Positions 42,071 through 51,900 are shown, counted from the first letter of the stretch. The stretch: DNA of 64,000 nt from an uncultured Ruminococcus sp. (GCA_947169885.1 CAMVRM010000005.1:26327-90326); one strand, 5' to 3'. The notes: generated by a model from the letters alone, not told the origin. A program made the numbers and translations.

Positions 42071-44773
42071 TTATTTAACTTCTTTTTTCCAGAACAGGAT
42101 ATTTATTATCAAAGGAAGTATATAGACCGCTATAAACACAAGTATCGCCGCTCCCGCAACAAGATACCTGCTGACCATTGCCGCAGACGTGGGCTGTTCG
42201 GGTTCTTTTCGCCTGCTCAGATATACCGCATACGCCGCTATGACTGCCGCTCCGATGATGCTCAGCACTGCGCCTGCCTTGAAGCCCGTTGGCACAAAGC
42301 TTATCTCAATGTCGCTGTGACCTGCGTCAAGTTCAAAACTCATGAAGCAGGACATCGACTTGTTTATCGGCTGTTCCCTGCCGTTGACTTTAAGGGTGAA
42401 TCCGCTGTCATAAGGCACTGACAGCAGGATAGTTGACGGCTTGTCAAGGTCGCACGAACCTTTCAGTCCATTCTTCATCTCGGTAAGCCCAAGTGTTTTG
42501 ACCCCCGACACCGCCTGTGAGAGTTTTTCCCTGTCGATACCGAAAACGCCGTAACTGGGGACTGAAACATCTTTGAGGGCGTGTATCTCGATTATGGCGA
42601 TCTCGTTCTCGAACGTGCCAAGTTTGAGTACGCCGTTTTCCTTGCTGAACGGATAGCTTCGGCAGATGCTCTTGCCGTTTACCGCAACCGAAAAGCTGTC
42701 ATAGTCAGGCTCGCTCAGTTCGTTGGAGAGCCTGTCAAAGCAGTCAAAATACAGCGACTGCTTTTTGCCTACACGCACACGATAGATAAGGGTCTCGCCG
42801 TCAGCAACGGTGAAATTTCCGTCCTTTATGTGCAGTTCACCCTCATCGGGAGCATAAATGCTTATCATGTCGCTGTTTCCGAAAAGCGCCTCGGCGGTGT
42901 ATCTCTGCACTTCCGTCCTTGTCAGCTGCGCAGGTATCTCCTCCTCATCGGGGAGCGTTTCGGTAACGATACCCAGCGGAAGCTTGTCCGAGAGCGGATA
43001 GATGTTATACGCATCAAAGTTATAGACAGTGTTCTCGGGGCGGTCGTGACCTATCTCATAGCCGACAGACAGCAGTGAATCTGTCAGCGCAGTTCCGCCG
43101 CAAGTGCCTATCTCCATCCACACGGAAGTATAGCCCAGCCGCTTCATGGTGAACATATAGTCCTCTTTGGTGAGTGATGTGTAATGACCTATGGAATTAT
43201 AGCCCATAGCGCCTATCATGTTGTAGTCGAAAATCTTTGCACTTGTTTTTACACGGTAAAAACTGTCATCGTCTATATGGTCGGAAAGGTCGAGGACTTT
43301 GCGCTGTAATGCGTATGTGTCCTCGCTTTTTTCGCCCGAACTTGTCATATAGATACGGCTCATGCCTGCCGCCTGAATGACTGTTATGACCGACAGGAAC
43401 ACCAGCGAAACGCTCTTTATGACCCAGCCTTTGCGGTAGAAGAAACGTATCACCAGCGCAAATATCAGCGAAACGATAACAACTCTCAGCAGAGCCTTGA
43501 ATGACGCTTCACTGCCGCCGAGCGAACGTGTATATTCGCTGAGAACGTCAGCCTGCTGTTCGATAAATGCACTCAGCGTCTTGCCGAACACAAACACCGC
43601 AAAAGCGCATATCACGCCGCCGATGCCGTATTTTTTCAGACTGCCGCAGAACTTCACATCTATGCTCATGGTGTGCGCCGACATGATGAGCAGCATGAAA
43701 ACGGTCATAAAAGCATATCTCGCAGGGAATGCCATGTAACTTCCCGTGTGCCACATCTTGTTGACAGGCTCTAAAAAGAGCGGAACTGTCAGCAGAAGTG
43801 CCATTATCTTCCAAAGCTTGTGCGAGGGGGTGCAGTCTTTTCGTGACTCGTAAATATCCGCAGCCGCTAATATGAGCATTGCCGCTGCGCCGAATATTAC
43901 CGTCAGAACTGTGTCATAGTCGGTCACAAGGTCGCCTGTGCGGAGATTGTCGAGCAGTGATGTCCTGCGTCCCGATGTCATATACTGCATGAAACTCGGC
44001 AGCCATACGCAGGCAGAAAGCAGTGCCGCCGCCGCAGAACCAACAAGAAATTGCAGACAAGTCTCGGCAGATGCGCCGTTGTCTGCCTTGATGCCCATTA
44101 CCGAATAGATGCCTGCCGTCAGCAGAACGAACAGCACCACCATGTAACCGATATAATAGTTTATCACCATGACCAGTGCCATCAGCAGGATGTACATGAG
44201 CGGCTTGTGTTTTTTGTGCAGTCTTTCCAGAGAGATCATGAGCAGCGGAAAAACATACATCACGTCAAGCCATATGACATTCTGATAAAAGAGCATCACA
44301 TATCCGCTCGAAGCGTACATGAATCCAAGCAGGCTGACCGACAGCGGGTCAAGTGACCTGTGTTCCTCACTGCGCACAAAATAGAGCGATGCCGTGACTG
44401 CCGAAGTCATCATTTTGAGCATGACTAAAATGTTAGCAAACAGAAGCATATCATGCTTTTCGACAAACTTCACAAGGAACGAGAACGGACTTGACAGAAA
44501 GAAGAAGAACACGCCGACAAAGTTCATTCCCGATGCGTTCTTGAAGCTTAAAAACCAGCCCGACTTCCCGTCTAAGATGTCTTTGAGCTGACATAACAGC
44601 GGCACGACCTGCTGGTTCATATCGCACCATGCGACAGTCCTTTCGCCGAAAGGATAGAACTGACGTGTCCGGAAAACATACATCAGCATGAGCGCCGTTA
44701 TGAGCGGCGACAGCAGAAGCGGACTAAAACGAAGAAGTTTTTCTTTTGTTGTTTCAGGATTTTTCTTTTCCAT
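42071..44773 (-). CDS. YfhO-family polytopic membrane protein (glycosyltransferase-like)
   Basis: 900 aa with more than 12 TM helices and a large extracytoplasmic C-terminal region. The N-terminus 'YPFGERTVAWCDMNQQVVP' is typical of YfhO. Confidence 0.75.
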   Translation of the reverse strand: MEKKNPETTKEKLLRFSPLLLSPLITALMLMYVFRTRQFYPFGERTVAWCDMNQQVVPLLCQLKDILDGKSGWFLSFKNASGMNFVGVFFFFLSSPFSFLVKFVEKHDMLLFANILVMLKMMTSAVTASLYFVRSEEHRSLDPLSVSLLGFMYASSGYVMLFYQNVIWLDVMYVFPLLMISLERLHKKHKPLMYILLMALVMVINYYIGYMVVLFVLLTAGIYSVMGIKADNGASAETCLQFLVGSAAAALLSACVWLPSFMQYMTSGRRTSLLDNLRTGDLVTDYDTVLTVIFGAAAMLILAAADIYESRKDCTPSHKLWKIMALLLTVPLFLEPVNKMWHTGSYMAFPARYAFMTVFMLLIMSAHTMSIDVKFCGSLKKYGIGGVICAFAVFVFGKTLSAFIEQQADVLSEYTRSLGGSEASFKALLRVVIVSLIFALVIRFFYRKGWVIKSVSLVFLSVITVIQAAGMSRIYMTSSGEKSEDTYALQRKVLDLSDHIDDDSFYRVKTSAKIFDYNMIGAMGYNSIGHYTSLTKEDYMFTMKRLGYTSVWMEIGTCGGTALTDSLLSVGYEIGHDRPENTVYNFDAYNIYPLSDKLPLGIVTETLPDEEEIPAQLTRTEVQRYTAEALFGNSDMISIYAPDEGELHIKDGNFTVADGETLIYRVRVGKKQSLYFDCFDRLSNELSEPDYDSFSVAVNGKSICRSYPFSKENGVLKLGTFENEIAIIEIHALKDVSVPSYGVFGIDREKLSQAVSGVKTLGLTEMKNGLKGSCDLDKPSTILLSVPYDSGFTLKVNGREQPINKSMSCFMSFELDAGHSDIEISFVPTGFKAGAVLSIIGAAVIAAYAVYLSRRKEPEQPTSAAMVSRYLVAGAAILVFIAVYILPLIINILFWKKEVK

Positions 44774-44789
44774 TTATACTACCTTTTCT

Positions 44790-45068
44790 TTAACATTTAT
44801 CTACTTTCCATTTATTGTCAAACGGTTCGGGACAGACCGAATTCGGTTTGAGCGCCCTGAGTTCAACATAACAGCCGCAAAGTGAGCATATCCCGTCCGC
44901 AAGTCTTTCGCAGTCGGTGCAGATGCCGAGCCTGCGGCGGTATTCCTCCTCACAGACACGCTTGTCCTCGGGGTAGCCTGCGATATACTCTTTGAGCGAG
45001 CGGACATATTCGTCCTCTGAAAGTTCGGCGAGCAGACATCTGCGGCAGATCTTTTTTGTCTCCTGCAT
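44790..45068 (-). CDS. small Cys-rich (putative Zn-binding) protein, DUF6171-like
   Basis: The pattern CxxC...C...CxxC...CxxCxC...C lies in 92 aa. Located 16 nt upstream of yfhO on the same strand. Confidence 0.5.
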   Translation of the reverse strand: MQETKKICRRCLLAELSEDEYVRSLKEYIAGYPEDKRVCEEEYRRRLGICTDCERLADGICSLCGCYVELRALKPNSVCPEPFDNKWKVDKC

Positions 45069-45187
45069 AATTTTTTCCTCTTATTACTAAAACATCATTA
45101 CATATTATATCACAGCAGAAAATTAAATGCAACAGTCAAAATTGCATAAATTATGGCAAAAAAATAAAGTTATCATTTTAAACGCTC

Positions 45188-45236
45188 AGAACCTGTCTTC
45201 ACAAGGCTCTGTACGTGTCTTGTGAAGACAGGTTCT
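45188..45236. repeat. palindromic repeat element copy 4 (between divergent genes)
   Basis: AGAACCTGTCTTCACAAG-gctctgtacgtg-TCTTGTGAAGACAGGTTCT. Confidence 0.9.
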
Positions 45237-45307
45237 TACTATTTGTATAGATAGTATATAAATGATACTATGTTTTTGTACAAATAGCAGAAAATCTGCG
45301 CAAGCTA

Positions 45308-45336
45308 TTGACATAAGGGCAAGTTAGTAGTATAAT
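45308..45336 (+). promoter_or_regulatory. perfect consensus sigma-A promoter (TTGACA-17-TATAAT) for the SPFH/NAD-kinase-like operon
   Basis: TTGACA at 45308-45313 and TATAAT at 45331-45336. Confidence 0.7.
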
Positions 45337-45408
45337 GTTATTAACAAAGAGATAAAAACACAAAGATAATAACAACACAACAATAACATCTTACAGGAGG
45401 TAATCACT

Positions 45409-46440
45409 ATGTATGTTAAGTTTTCTCCCAATCTTTACGTTCTGAGATACACAAAAGGCAAGCTGACAGCTGAGGGCAAGGGACTTTCCTTCTTCTATCT
45501 TGACAGAATGACTTCGGCGGCGGCTGTCCCCGTATCGAACATAGATGCTGACCTTATTTTTGAAGAAATGACCGCCGACTTCCAGAAGATAAGCGTTCAG
45601 GGTCAGCTGACCTACCGCCTCAGCGACTACAAAAAGGCGGCTTCGGCGATAGACTTCACCATTAACCTTAAAACAAAAGCTTACAGCGGAAACCCGATCG
45701 CAAAGCTCTCCAAAAGGATAATCAACATCTCGGAAGTCGCCGTCAGAAGCCTTATCGGTGACATGGAACTGACTGATGCGCTTGCGGCAGGCGAGGGGCT
45801 TGCGGCTGACGTTCTCGAAAGGCTCAAAAACGAACCTGAACTTGCAGGGCTTGGCGCAGAAGTGACGGGATTCTCGATAATCAAGATAACTGCCAACCCC
45901 GAAACTGCCCGTGCGCTCGAAGCGGCTACCCGTGAGGACATACTGAAACAGTCGGACGATGCGCTCTATGCACGCCGCAACGCTTCGATCGAACAGGAAC
46001 GCATTGTCAAGGAAAACGAACTTTCGACCGAAATTTCCGTTCAGGAAAAGAAAAAGAAGATCAAGGAAACAGAGATACAGACCCGCCGAATGGTCCTTGA
46101 ACGTGAAGCGGAAATGGAACGCATTCGCATTGAGAGCGAAGCTGAACGTGAACGCATAAAGCTCGAAAGTGAGATAGAGCTGGAGAAAAAGCGCCGTGAA
46201 CTTGCCGACCTCAAACTCGAAAACGCCAAAAAGGAAGCCGATGCCGAAAGCTATCGTATCGGTGCGATAATGGAAGCTTACGGCAGACTCGGAAGCGATG
46301 TGCTTGTCGCAATGGCACAGCTGAACATGGAGCCTGAAAAGATGATCGCTCAGGCGTTTGAAAAGCTTGCGGCTAACAGCGGAAAAATCGGCACGCTCAA
46401 TATAACTCCCGATCTGCTCGACAGCCTTATAGACAGATGA
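45409..46440 (+). CDS. SPFH/band-7 (flotillin-like) protein without TM anchor, E/K/R coiled-coil C-terminus
   Basis: The N-terminal SPFH-like beta/alpha region is followed by 'EQERIVKENELSTEISVQEKKKKIKETEIQTRRMVLEREAEMERIRIESEAERERIKLESEIELEKKRRELADLKLENAKKEADAE'. Perfect sigma-A promoter and AGGAGG RBS. Confidence 0.7.
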   Translation: MYVKFSPNLYVLRYTKGKLTAEGKGLSFFYLDRMTSAAAVPVSNIDADLIFEEMTADFQKISVQGQLTYRLSDYKKAASAIDFTINLKTKAYSGNPIAKLSKRIINISEVAVRSLIGDMELTDALAAGEGLAADVLERLKNEPELAGLGAEVTGFSIIKITANPETARALEAATREDILKQSDDALYARRNASIEQERIVKENELSTEISVQEKKKKIKETEIQTRRMVLEREAEMERIRIESEAERERIKLESEIELEKKRRELADLKLENAKKEADAESYRIGAIMEAYGRLGSDVLVAMAQLNMEPEKMIAQAFEKLAANSGKIGTLNITPDLLDSLIDR

Positions 46441-46462
46441 CCCCACGAAAGGAGCAGTAAAA

Positions 46463-47398
46463 ATGGACAGAGCAAGTGAAAAAAAGATAGTCCTCGTGAC
46501 CCAGAAAACACGGCTCGAAATGCTCATTCGCCGCTACAACACCGCAGGACAGGCAAAGTTCTTCATCGAACACAGCGGCGGCGATTTTACCGACTACGAA
46601 CAGGAACACGAACGCTACATGGCGGCACTTGCTTCTGCGGAGCAAACACTCTCGCAGTTCGGACGTGTCCAGCGGCTCGACCGTGACTACCTCACAGGCT
46701 TCATTTTCGGGGCTGATGACATCGTGGCGGCGCTCGGGCGTGACGGGCTTGTTGCGAACACCATGAAATACCTTGACGGTCAGCCGATAGTCGGCATAAA
46801 TCCCGACCCTGCACGCTGGGACGGCGTTCTTCTTCCCTTTCAGGTAGGCGACCTGAGAAAGCTCATGCCCGAAGTGATCGTGGGCAGGCGGCAGAAAAAG
46901 AGCGTCACTCTTGCAGAAGCGGCGCTCTCGGACGGTCAGACGCTGTGTGCTGTAAATGACCTTTTTATTGGACAGAAAAGCCACACTTCCGCCCGATATG
47001 TCATAACTGTCGGCGAAATGAGCGAACAGCAGTCTTCCAGCGGAATGCTCGTTTCGACAGGGCTTGGCTCGACAGGGTGGCTCAAAAGTGTTATCGCAGG
47101 AGCGGCAGGCATTGCGGCAGCCTGCGGACTGACGGGAAAAGCGGCGCTCCCCTGCGAATTCGGATGGAGCAGTGAATATCTCTACTACTCGGTGCGTGAA
47201 CCGTTCCCCAGCCGCACGACAGGCACGAACATGGTCTTTGGCAAGGTCGACAGCAAAACACCGCTTAAAGTCACCTCGCTCATGCCCGAAAATGGTGTGA
47301 TATTCTCCGACGGCATAGAAGCCGACTGCATCGAGTTCAACTCAGGCTCGACCGTCACCGTAACGCCTGCAAAACGTCACGGACAAATGATAATTTGA
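46463..47398 (+). CDS. NAD-kinase-fold protein (atypical, COG3199-like)
   Basis: 'ALGRDGLV' at the GGDGT position, 'VNDLFIG' at the NE-box, and 'SSGMLVSTGLGSTGW' at the 'DGxxVSTPTGSTAY' position. Lies 22 nt after the SPFH gene, with a GAAAGGAG RBS. Confidence 0.65.
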   Translation: MDRASEKKIVLVTQKTRLEMLIRRYNTAGQAKFFIEHSGGDFTDYEQEHERYMAALASAEQTLSQFGRVQRLDRDYLTGFIFGADDIVAALGRDGLVANTMKYLDGQPIVGINPDPARWDGVLLPFQVGDLRKLMPEVIVGRRQKKSVTLAEAALSDGQTLCAVNDLFIGQKSHTSARYVITVGEMSEQQSSSGMLVSTGLGSTGWLKSVIAGAAGIAAACGLTGKAALPCEFGWSSEYLYYSVREPFPSRTTGTNMVFGKVDSKTPLKVTSLMPENGVIFSDGIEADCIEFNSGSTVTVTPAKRHGQMII

Positions 47399-47439
47399 CA
47401 TAAAAAAGTCCCGCTGTTCTCCCAAAAGGAACAACGGGA

Positions 47440-48123
47440 CTAATCTTCTTCAGCTTCTTCAGTCTCGATACCCAGCTTACTCAGCCGCTTGTTCAGCAGA
47501 ACGCTGAAAGTGCAGGTCGCAGCGATAAGCCCCAGCATCACCAGCACCGATCTCCACGTCAGGTCACGCAGCTGTCCGCCGATGTAGGTTATAACGAGCA
47601 TCTCGGGCATCATTCCCAGCAGCGAACCTAAAATATAGGTAAGCAGCGGCATACCCAGCGCACCGTGCAGCATACTCACAAGATCGCACGGCACAACGGT
47701 TATCGCCCGTGATATATAAACGGTCAGGAAGTTGTTCGTGTGTCCGTAGTCGATGAACTTCTGCGCTTTCGGGTATTTTTCAACGATCAACTTTACTGCG
47801 TCCGAACCCGATATTTTACCGATGTAATAAGGTAAAGTAAAGCAGACCACAAGCCCTGCAGCGTTTACAGCAACAGCAGCAGGATAGGGAAAAATATTTC
47901 CTGCCGCAATAAACAGCACCGTCAGCGGAAAAACGATCGAGAGGGATTTGAGCGCATACATGAGCCACAGCACACCCAGCGCCATAAGCGGCTCAGCGGA
48001 GGTGAACTCGAGCAGTTCCTCAACGTCGGTGGTCTGTAAAAGACAAACACAGACAACGATCATCAGAATGCAAATGACCGCAGGAATATATTTGATTATT
48101 TTCTTGCTTTGCACGCCTGTCAC
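47440..48123 (-). CDS. TVP38/TMEM64 (DedA-related, VTT domain) membrane protein
   Basis: 227 aa, 5-6 TM helices, acidic C-terminal tail. Resemblance to the VTT family. Confidence 0.6.
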   Translation of the reverse strand: MTGVQSKKIIKYIPAVICILMIVVCVCLLQTTDVEELLEFTSAEPLMALGVLWLMYALKSLSIVFPLTVLFIAAGNIFPYPAAVAVNAAGLVVCFTLPYYIGKISGSDAVKLIVEKYPKAQKFIDYGHTNNFLTVYISRAITVVPCDLVSMLHGALGMPLLTYILGSLLGMMPEMLVITYIGGQLRDLTWRSVLVMLGLIAATCTFSVLLNKRLSKLGIETEEAEED

Positions 48124-48218
48124 CTTCTGTGTCTGAAATATTACTATTATTATAACAGAATCAAACGTTTATGTCAATAATTATCATTTATATTTCACAA
48201 AATATGCCAAAGAATTTC

Positions 48219-48797
48219 TCAGCCCTTAATTTTCCGCTTTTTTCTGACCGAATAACCAAAGCTTCCCAGCACCTGTCCCAGCGAAAAATACTGACCGTGC
48301 GCATAAGCGATAAGCCCTGCCTTTTCAAGTGCGAGCCTGCCCTTGCTGTCAAGCAGAGACTTTGACGCATTGACCGCCGCAACGTCAGCAATAAACATAT
48401 CGTGCGAACCCAGCGGCATGACCTCACGCACTTTGCACTCGATGTTGACGGGGCATTCCGCAACTATCGGCGCTGAGACCTGCGAAGCCTCCGCAGCCGT
48501 CAGCCCTGTGAGTGCGAACTTGTCGCAGTCTCTGCCGCTTTTCACGCCGCACAGGTCGACTGCCCTGACGAGCTTTTGTGTCGGCAGATTTATCACGAAA
48601 TCCCCCGACTGCCTGATAATTTCGTAAGAAAAGCGTTCGGGACGCACGGAAATGTACACCACCGGCGGACGTGTACAGAGTATCCCCGTCCATGCAACCG
48701 TCAAAACATTTGGCTTGTAAATCGTTCCGCAGCTGACGAGCGTTGGCGGCAGCGGCGCAGTTATGACGCTGCCTTTCCAGACCTCTTTTTCGTTCAT
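48219..48797 (-). CDS. flavin reductase-like FMN-binding (split-barrel) protein
   Basis: 'PPTLVSCGT...NVLTVAWTG' and 'GDFVINL' are typical of the flavin reductase family. AAGGAGG RBS and an ATGA overlap with the upstream ORF. Confidence 0.75.
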   Translation of the reverse strand: MNEKEVWKGSVITAPLPPTLVSCGTIYKPNVLTVAWTGILCTRPPVVYISVRPERFSYEIIRQSGDFVINLPTQKLVRAVDLCGVKSGRDCDKFALTGLTAAEASQVSAPIVAECPVNIECKVREVMPLGSHDMFIADVAAVNASKSLLDSKGRLALEKAGLIAYAHGQYFSLGQVLGSFGYSVRKKRKIKG

Positions 48798-49138
48798 AGA
48801 TCCTCCTTTGGCAGCTTTTCGGCGATCCTGTCGTAATATTTGTACAGCCGCTGCACGTTATTTTCAAGGAAATAATAGTGTGCGATATAGGGTATCAGCA
48901 GTACTAAAAACAGGACTGTAAGTGGTATGAGCAACACCAGTTCTGTAACGGCAATAACAAGAAAACAAGCAACAGTGCAAAGCGCAAATAGTATCATCAC
49001 GAACAGATGTACGAACCGTTCGTGCTGAAAATAGCGTGTTTTTTCTTTGTGTATGCGCATGAGCCGTGCAAGGTCGGTGTCGGGGTCGGCAAGCGCTGCA
49101 TCGAGAAACGCTATATATTCAAGAAAATATTTTTTCAT
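48794..49138 (-). CDS. small two-TM membrane protein, function unknown
   Basis: 114 aa with two adjacent hydrophobic helices. Translationally coupled to the flavin reductase gene. Confidence 0.55.
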   Translation of the reverse strand: MKKYFLEYIAFLDAALADPDTDLARLMRIHKEKTRYFQHERFVHLFVMILFALCTVACFLVIAVTELVLLIPLTVLFLVLLIPYIAHYYFLENNVQRLYKYYDRIAEKLPKEDL

Positions 49139-49148
49139 GAATGACCCC

Positions 49149-49499
49149 TCAAAGCTCGAATTTCAAGGCATTTTCGATTTCAAGAGCGTTGAGTTTCGCA
49201 TCACGGAACACCTGCTCCCGATCTATTTTCAGCTGCTGACCGACAGTCGAATCAAGCAGACCGCCTATCCTGCCGTACCATTTTTTTGCACGGGACAAAA
49301 AAGGCTTTTTCTTCTTGTTCGGCATAAGTATCGCCAATGCGAGCGCCAGCCCCATTCCGATGAGTGACCGCTCACGGTCACTGCCCACCTGATAGGGGAA
49401 AGTCGCTTTTTTTGGCTCACGCTTTTTACGTTCGCTCTCGTCACGCATTTTTTTCAGCTGTTTAACGGCAGAGTTGACCTTTGCCTTGTTTATGTTCAT
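49149..49499 (-). CDS. small basic single-TM protein, function unknown
   Basis: 116 aa, K/R-rich N-terminus, TM 'LIGMGLALALAIL'. CGGAGTG RBS. Confidence 0.55.
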   Translation of the reverse strand: MNINKAKVNSAVKQLKKMRDESERKKREPKKATFPYQVGSDRERSLIGMGLALALAILMPNKKKKPFLSRAKKWYGRIGGLLDSTVGQQLKIDREQVFRDAKLNALEIENALKFEL

Positions 49500-49514
49500 A
49501 TTATTACACTCCGA

Positions 49515-49958
49515 TCAATGGCTCTTTTTAGCTCTGCCGCCGTAATAAGATCTTGAAGCTGCGGCAGACTGTGCAGGCTCGGCATTCCCACGCTGCAAAG
49601 CCGCCTTTTCCTCTGCGATCTTTTTCCGCTCGTTTTCGATCTTCATACGCTCTAACTCGGCACGCTCTGCCGCAAGTTTCTGCTTTTCCTTTTCAAGCTT
49701 TTCTTTTTCCTTTGCAAGCTTGGCAGACTGTTTTGCAGCTTCCTTTTTCTTCTTCTCGGCAGCAGCCTTTTTCGTACCCGTAGTATGAGTATATGAAACA
49801 CCTGTACCGGGGATACTCAAAGTTGTAGTCTGTCTGCCTGTTGTGCTTATCGAATGGCGCACGCCTTTCTTCCCGACAGAAATAGAAGCACTCTTTTTCC
49901 CAAGATTTAGCCGTAACCCCTTGCCGAGATTTATACTTTTCCTAAAATTAAAACCCAT
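49515..49958 (-). CDS. DUF4236-domain protein with K/E-rich coiled-coil tail
   Basis: 'MGFNFRKSINLGKGLRLNLGKKSASISVGKKGVRHSISTTG...IPGTGVSYT' matches the DUF4236 N-terminal signature. Start placed at the ATG at 49958. Confidence 0.7.
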   Translation of the reverse strand: MGFNFRKSINLGKGLRLNLGKKSASISVGKKGVRHSISTTGRQTTTLSIPGTGVSYTHTTGTKKAAAEKKKKEAAKQSAKLAKEKEKLEKEKQKLAAERAELERMKIENERKKIAEEKAALQRGNAEPAQSAAASRSYYGGRAKKSH

Positions 49959-50133
49959 ACTCAACACCAACTTTATTTATAAGATGCGCCTTCGACGATA
50001 TTTGTATACTCCACCGCATCTCATCATCTTTATTTTAACCGCATATTACATAAACATATGAAAGCCCCGAGCCGTACAAACTTTCGTCTTTATCAAACTT
50101 ATGTGCGAGGGATATGAGCCGTCCGCCCGAGGA

Positions 50134-51900
50134 CTATTTTACGCAGGTGCAGTTTCTGCCGTTGTTCTTTGCGGAATAGAGCGCATCGTCTACCCTTGTG
50201 CAGACCGAATCGCAGTCCTCGCCGCTGTCACGCATGGTTATTCCGCAGCTGACCGTGTGTGTGCCCGAACGCTCAAAGTTCATTTGACTGTACTCAATAC
50301 GAATTTTCTCGGCAAGCGCAAGAGTTCTGCCCTTGTTCACAGTTGGGACAAGCACCATGAATTCCTCGCCGCCCCAGCGCCCTGCAAATGCGCCCTCCTC
50401 ACGAACCAGCCTGTCAAGCAGTTCCGAAAAGCCTTTAAGTACAAGGTCGCCTTCATCATGACCGTAAGTATCGTTGACCTGCTTGAAGTTGTCAAGGTCT
50501 AACATTATCAGCGAATATTCGTCAGCAGCTTCGATGCGGCTCTTTATCTCACGGCGGTTGTAAAGCCCCGTCAGTTCGTCGGTCGAAGCCATGTTCGTAA
50601 GCTTTCTGTTAGCGTCCGCAAGTTCCTCGGTCGCAACATCTATAAAGTTCGCAAGCCGCCTTACCATTGAGATATGCTCGCCGTGATACGCAAGCTTATC
50701 CTCATAATAGCCTGCAAGCCGCTTTTTCGCAGCTTCGGCGGCATTCGGGTCAGGCTCGCCCTCACGTATCGCCGCTATTACCAGCGTTACATTGTGCTGG
50801 TTGAGCGACCAGTCCATGCGGTGGAACTCGCCGCCCGTATAGAACCCTGCCGTGTCCGCAAGCAGGCTGAACGGGAGCGTTTCACGGTCGATGTCCTCGC
50901 TTCCCCAGAAACTTCTTCTCGAACCGCAGTTGAATATCATTATAGCGTCTGCACCGAAATCCGCAAGAGTTTTCGCTCTGTCGAAAATGCTCGTCAGTAT
51001 CGTCTGCGGATCGCCGTAAGTTATGCGTGCAGATGCGCCCTCGGCGATGTCTGAGGACATGAGTATCGAGCCGTCAGGAAGCGCCTGCGACGGAACACGC
51101 AGAATGCTTATGCCGTTTCGTTCGTAGGAGATCGGAAATTCCAGTGCGTTGTGGTAGAAATGCTTGTCGTTGCTGATGCTCAGATAGCGGTTATACGCTT
51201 CGTAGGCAGGCTCGCCGTTCAGCTCGTAAAGTCTGTTTCGTTCGGAACGTGAAACGGTCATCTTAGCGCCCAGCGGTTTCCAACCCGAAATAAATGTGGT
51301 CTTGAAATGCAGTGTGTCGCCGCCGATGAGCAGGAAAACTGCGCCCTCGTGCATAACTCCGCCGTCTTTCGAGAAAACTTCTATCTTCTCTCGGTCAGCG
51401 TCCTTGTCGAAAGCCGCACCGCCAAAAATTGCGATATTCTGCGGCATTTTCGAGAGTCTGTCGCAGATGTAGGTAGTCGAAAGGTCACGTATCGTCACAA
51501 GCATCTCGATACCCTTGACCCAGCCCAGCGCCTCAACTTCGGCGAGCAGACTGTCGCACATTTCCTGCTGAGTGTCCTCGTTGAGCGTGAAACTCAGGGT
51601 CTTTAACTGCGTGTTCTCACCCTCGAACACCATTACCACCGCTTCGATAGAGCGTTCGTCAAGCTTGCCGTTCAGGATATTCGCATTTGATGTACAGCCG
51701 AAGCATTCCGCATCGCTCCACACGTATTCAACGATCTTCACAGCCGCTTTAAGCTCGGCTTTTTTGTCGGTATCATAAAAGAGCTGTATCGCCGTCTTAT
51801 TTTTTTGGAACCGTTTTTTCAGCTCCGAAAGTTCTTCCTTAAACTTTTTCGGAGACTCAAAAATTATCTGAAACTGTTTCAATGTATTCACCTGCCGCAA
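50134..51900 (-). CDS. FIST_N/FIST_C sensor - GGDEF diguanylate cyclase (active-site GGEEF)
   Basis: C-terminal 'DELTGLYNRREI...LDLDNFKQVNDTYGHDEGD...RWGGEEFMVL'. The N-terminal ~400 aa is FIST-like. Start is uncertain: there is no ATG, and the candidates are TTG 51900, GTG 51891 and TTG 51882. Confidence 0.8.
   Translation of the reverse strand: MRQVNTLKQFQIIFESPKKFKEELSELKKRFQKNKTAIQLFYDTDKKAELKAAVKIVEYVWSDAECFGCTSNANILNGKLDERSIEAVVMVFEGENTQLKTLSFTLNEDTQQEMCDSLLAEVEALGWVKGIEMLVTIRDLSTTYICDRLSKMPQNIAIFGGAAFDKDADREKIEVFSKDGGVMHEGAVFLLIGGDTLHFKTTFISGWKPLGAKMTVSRSERNRLYELNGEPAYEAYNRYLSISNDKHFYHNALEFPISYERNGISILRVPSQALPDGSILMSSDIAEGASARITYGDPQTILTSIFDRAKTLADFGADAIMIFNCGSRRSFWGSEDIDRETLPFSLLADTAGFYTGGEFHRMDWSLNQHNVTLVIAAIREGEPDPNAAEAAKKRLAGYYEDKLAYHGEHISMVRRLANFIDVATEELADANRKLTNMASTDELTGLYNRREIKSRIEAADEYSLIMLDLDNFKQVNDTYGHDEGDLVLKGFSELLDRLVREEGAFAGRWGGEEFMVLVPTVNKGRTLALAEKIRIEYSQMNFERSGTHTVSCGITMRDSGEDCDSVCTRVDDALYSAKNNGRNCTCVK

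Noticed and set aside
45391-46527. A 378-codon minus-strand ORF lies opposite the SPFH gene.
   Set aside because: It is a codon-aligned antisense shadow of the SPFH gene. Its product is a low-complexity F/L/S/R-rich mirror of the E/K/R coiled coil. The promoter and RBS support the plus-strand gene.
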